Origin: Bythopirellula sp.
Lineage (GTDB): Bacteria > Planctomycetota > Planctomycetia > Pirellulales > Lacipirellulaceae
Direction: 5' to 3'
Length of the DNA stretch: 64,000 nucleotides
NCBI GenBank assembly: GCA_965216565.1
Contig: OZ244170.1
Location: 3,328,001-3,392,000, forward strand
A program made the position numbers and the translations under genes. Numbering within the stretch: the first letter of the stretch is position 1; every line of letters begins with the position of its first letter. Positions 61,213 through 64,000 of the stretch are shown in pieces. The notes under the pieces are model-generated. The model searched no databases, was not told the DNA's origin, and saw nothing but the letters and a program-made list of their open reading frames with translations.

Positions 61213-61509
61213 AGGAATTCCCACTAGAAATCTCAGGGCTTTGCCGCAAAGTTTGCGGATGGACATGAATATACCGAGTAACGCCAGCCGCCGTCAGCCC
61301 TCCCCCTTCCGCCTCCCCGATTCCGCCCCCGGAAGGCATCCCGCGCCGAGCATTTTGCTGCTAAACTAAGAGCCACAGATCAATTGTCCTTCGACACGTA
61401 ACGCATTCGAGAAGCTCGCAACTTCGCCTCAGCGAGTCTCCTAAGGAGACCTGCACCCCGAGGGTATGGCCAGGAAACATTGCGGGACTAGAGACACGGG
61501 ATATCCGCG

Positions 61510-62991
61510 ATGGGTCAGCTGCGATTCAACCTTGAAAATCGGGATCGCATTACCTCGGATGCCCTGCAGCGAATCTACGTGGCCGGCACCGAAGAGATTC
61601 CTTGGTCGACTCGATCCAAGTGGGAAGGCGACATCCTAGTTGTTGAGCGTGGCATCGACGACTCGGGCTCGGTCTATATCCCCTGGCGTGTCGATGGCAT
61701 GGGGCAGTGTATTCTGTCGACTTCCACACTCGTCGAGCGAACGCGTCCTTATCTCTTAGAAGTGGAATTGGCCCGCGGACTGCTTAATCGGATTCGCAAT
61801 CGCGTCTTTGTTTGGGAATGGCTGGGGCTTGAGACGCCGGCCAAAGTTCTCCAGCAATTAACGGATGCTACTCGCGACTTTTCCCGCGCGGCCACCACTC
61901 AAAGCAAACCTGCTGAGTCGGCGACCCTAGCCTTGAACGCAGTCGACCAGGCACTCGCTGCAGCCGACGAACTGGTCCGTTGCTACGCCCAACAAGCCAT
62001 CGTGTCGCGGCAGGAGCAAAGCCCTATTCCCGCGCTGCTGGGAGTAGCATTGCCGCCAGAAACTCCCAGCGTCGACACGCGTCGCGAACTATTGAGTGCC
62101 TGCAACTTGGTTCAGCTACCGGTTGCTTGGAAAAAAATCGAAGCACGCGAAGGCAATCGTGATTGGAAGGATACCGATGAAAAACTTGCCTGGTGCCAGA
62201 AGGCGGGACTGAAAGTCGCAGCCGGCCCGCTGCTATTCATGGACGATGCCGGTGTGCCCGACTGGATGTACCTTTGGGAAGACGATTTCGACAACCTCAC
62301 ACGCATGATGCTCGATCACGTGGAGGCGGTTGTTTCCCGATATGCGGGCCGTGTGCATTTATGGCATGTAGCATCGCGCGTGAACACGGGAAATCTACTG
62401 GGACTGGTCGAAGAGCAACGTTTGCAACTGGTCGCCCAAGTCTTAGAACTAGTTAAAAAAATAGATCCTCGCACGCCCACGGTGGTCTCCTTCGATCAAC
62501 CCTGGGGCGAATATCTGTCCGACCACGATGAGGACCTAGCCCCAGTTCACTATGCCGACGCGTTAGTCCGGGCGGGCTTAGGAATTTCTGGTTTTGGCCT
62601 GGAGCTGAATGTTGGCTACCAACCGGGTGGAAGTGCCGTGCGGCCCACCTTCGAAGTCGGTCGATTGCTCGATCAATGGAGTGTGTGGGGACTACCGTTG
62701 ATGCTTACGATCACCGCCCCCAGTGATTACTCGCAAGATCCCAACGCCAAGAAGGGGATCGAGACCCTCTTTCAAGAAGGGGACGTATCGGGCGATCTCG
62801 ATTATCAGCAGCAATGGGCCAGTTCTATCTTGCCACTGCTGATAGCCCGTTCGACGGTGCAGATTGTGCTGTGGAACCAACTGAGCGACGCCGTCCCCCA
62901 CGAGTTCCCCCACGGCGGCCTCTTCGATCAAAAAGACCAACCAAAGCCCACGCTAGATCTGATGCGCGACCTGCGAAAGAGTCTGTCTTAG
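61510..62991 (+). CDS. GH10-like TIM-barrel protein, catalytic glutamates apparently absent
   Basis: WKKIE..EG..DW..TD...AW....GL.V.AGPL; PDW; VV.RYAGRV.LW; W..LSD...GLFD....PKP. Confidence 0.65.
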   Translation: MGQLRFNLENRDRITSDALQRIYVAGTEEIPWSTRSKWEGDILVVERGIDDSGSVYIPWRVDGMGQCILSTSTLVERTRPYLLEVELARGLLNRIRNRVFVWEWLGLETPAKVLQQLTDATRDFSRAATTQSKPAESATLALNAVDQALAAADELVRCYAQQAIVSRQEQSPIPALLGVALPPETPSVDTRRELLSACNLVQLPVAWKKIEAREGNRDWKDTDEKLAWCQKAGLKVAAGPLLFMDDAGVPDWMYLWEDDFDNLTRMMLDHVEAVVSRYAGRVHLWHVASRVNTGNLLGLVEEQRLQLVAQVLELVKKIDPRTPTVVSFDQPWGEYLSDHDEDLAPVHYADALVRAGLGISGFGLELNVGYQPGGSAVRPTFEVGRLLDQWSVWGLPLMLTITAPSDYSQDPNAKKGIETLFQEGDVSGDLDYQQQWASSILPLLIARSTVQIVLWNQLSDAVPHEFPHGGLFDQKDQPKPTLDLMRDLRKSLS

Positions 62992-63219
62992 GGGAGACTT
63001 CGAGGCTGGGGGCTTTGAGGCTTCGAGACTGGTAAGATTCACGTTCGAGGTCGGAATTCTAACACTCCCGCCCATAGCCTTACCCTTCCAGTCTAGCGCG
63101 GCTTCTAAACCATGCCTGAAAAGACTATAGAGTGTAGGTGTAGCAGAATTCGCAAGAAATCAGCTAAATAGACTTCGGAATACTTGCCGAATCTCGTTAC
63201 TTCGAAATGGGGCTCGCTC

Positions 63220-63873
63220 TAGGCCCAGAGGGCCGCAACAACCCTAGCCGGTGCCGTGAGGCACCTGTAACGTAGGCTTATCCTTCAGGTGAGCCCCGGA
63301 GGGGCGACACAATCGGAGCCAACCAATGCCCAGCACACACCAACAACTTCTCTACCATGTCGTGTTTAGCACAAAAAATCGCAAACCGTATCTTTCAAAT
63401 CAACAACAACGCGAAGCAATCTTTGCCTACATGGCTGGGGTGGTAAAGAATTTGGACGGCTTCGCACTGGAGATCGGTGGTTGGAGCGACCACGTCCACC
63501 TACTTGTGAGAATCCCCGCCAAGCACGCGGTCTCCGAGTTCATTGGTCGACTCAAAGCAAGTACTAGTCGCCACAACAATCAGTCCTGCGGACAGATCCA
63601 CAAGTTTGGCTGGCAAGATGGGTTTGGTGCATTCTCAGTAAGCATGTCGCAAAAAGACAAGGTCGCCCGATACATCCTCAATTAGGAATCGCATCATGCG
63701 TGCGAATCGTTTGAGGACGAGTACGTTGGACTCTTGAAAATAACACGGCGTGCAGTATGATGCTCGCTACGTTTGGGACTAATCAATTGTGCCGCCCTTG
63801 GGGCTTGTCTCTTGGCGTGCCCTATAACCGGGGCCTGACGGCCCCGTCTAAGGTTGCACAGGCCCTCCGGGCC
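63220..63873. mobile_element. IS200/RAYT-like element: Y1 transposase flanked by nested palindromic ends
   Basis: Left end 63220-63313 and right end 63787-63873 are inverted relative to each other and resemble the halves of 51314-51501. Confidence 0.75.
63326..63782 (+). pseudogene. tnpA: IS200/IS605-family (Y1 HUH) transposase, disrupted
   Basis: YHVVFSTKNR, DHVHLL (HUH), WQDGFGAFSVS, YILN; premature TAG at 63683 where Q is expected; a 1-nt insertion near 63741 shifts HGVQYDARYVWD-stop out of frame. Confidence 0.85.
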
Positions 63874-64000
63874 AACCCTTGAAGAAGATTGCAGTGATTG
63901 TGAACTGCAGGACTGCTCAGAATCTGGCTCAAGAACAACTCATTGGGCTCCAGAGGCCTAAGCCCGATAGAGTGCTCCTTCAATACCTCGAAGCCCACAG

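Noticed and set aside
62992..63035. Short GGCTTCGAG-like repeats after the GH10-like gene
   Set aside because: Too short and degenerate to assign a function.

Overview
Bacterial chromosomal window, almost certainly from a planctomycete (Pirellulales-like). The basis is DUF1559/H-X9-DG proteins, PEP-CTERM proteins, planctomycete-type palindromic repeats and tRNAs without encoded CCA. There are five blocks. (1) 1-18.7 kb: a carbohydrate-utilisation cluster (DUF1559 pair, sialidase-like PEP-CTERM protein, two FG-GAP propellers, fucose-isomerase-like enzyme, ribulokinase, beta-helix protein, GH78) next to a tyrosine integrase at the 3' end of tRNA-Arg(CCG), i.e. a probable genomic island. (2) 18.8-24.6 kb: housekeeping and hypothetical genes plus tRNA-Ser(CGA). 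(3) 24.6-40.7 kb: a dense signalling cluster with four histidine kinases (two are CheB-CheR-PAS-kinase fusions), three stand-alone receivers, an orphan solute-binding protein and two CsrA-receiver fusions, which are the only visible output domains. (4) 42.0-55.8 kb: two convergent arms of a putative trans-envelope redox system: FNR/2Fe-2S reductase, tetraheme c, cNMP-binding 4x[4Fe-4S] protein, His-rich membrane protein and decaheme c on the minus strand; pentaheme c and an outer-membrane beta-barrel on the plus strand. A ParE-type toxin-antitoxin pair, a small PEP-CTERM gene, an 18-bp tandem repeat and several REP-like elements lie in or between the arms. (5) 56-64 kb: aroC, purC, a GH10-like protein and a degenerate IS200/RAYT-like transposase whose ends also occur as an empty MITE inside the cytochrome operon. 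The best candidates for undescribed systems are the cNMP-linked multiheme conduit and the CsrA-receiver/CheBR signalling module. CsrA-type GGA hairpins at the ribosome-binding sites of both cytochrome arms may link the two. All calls come from reading motifs by eye; no searches or computations were run.
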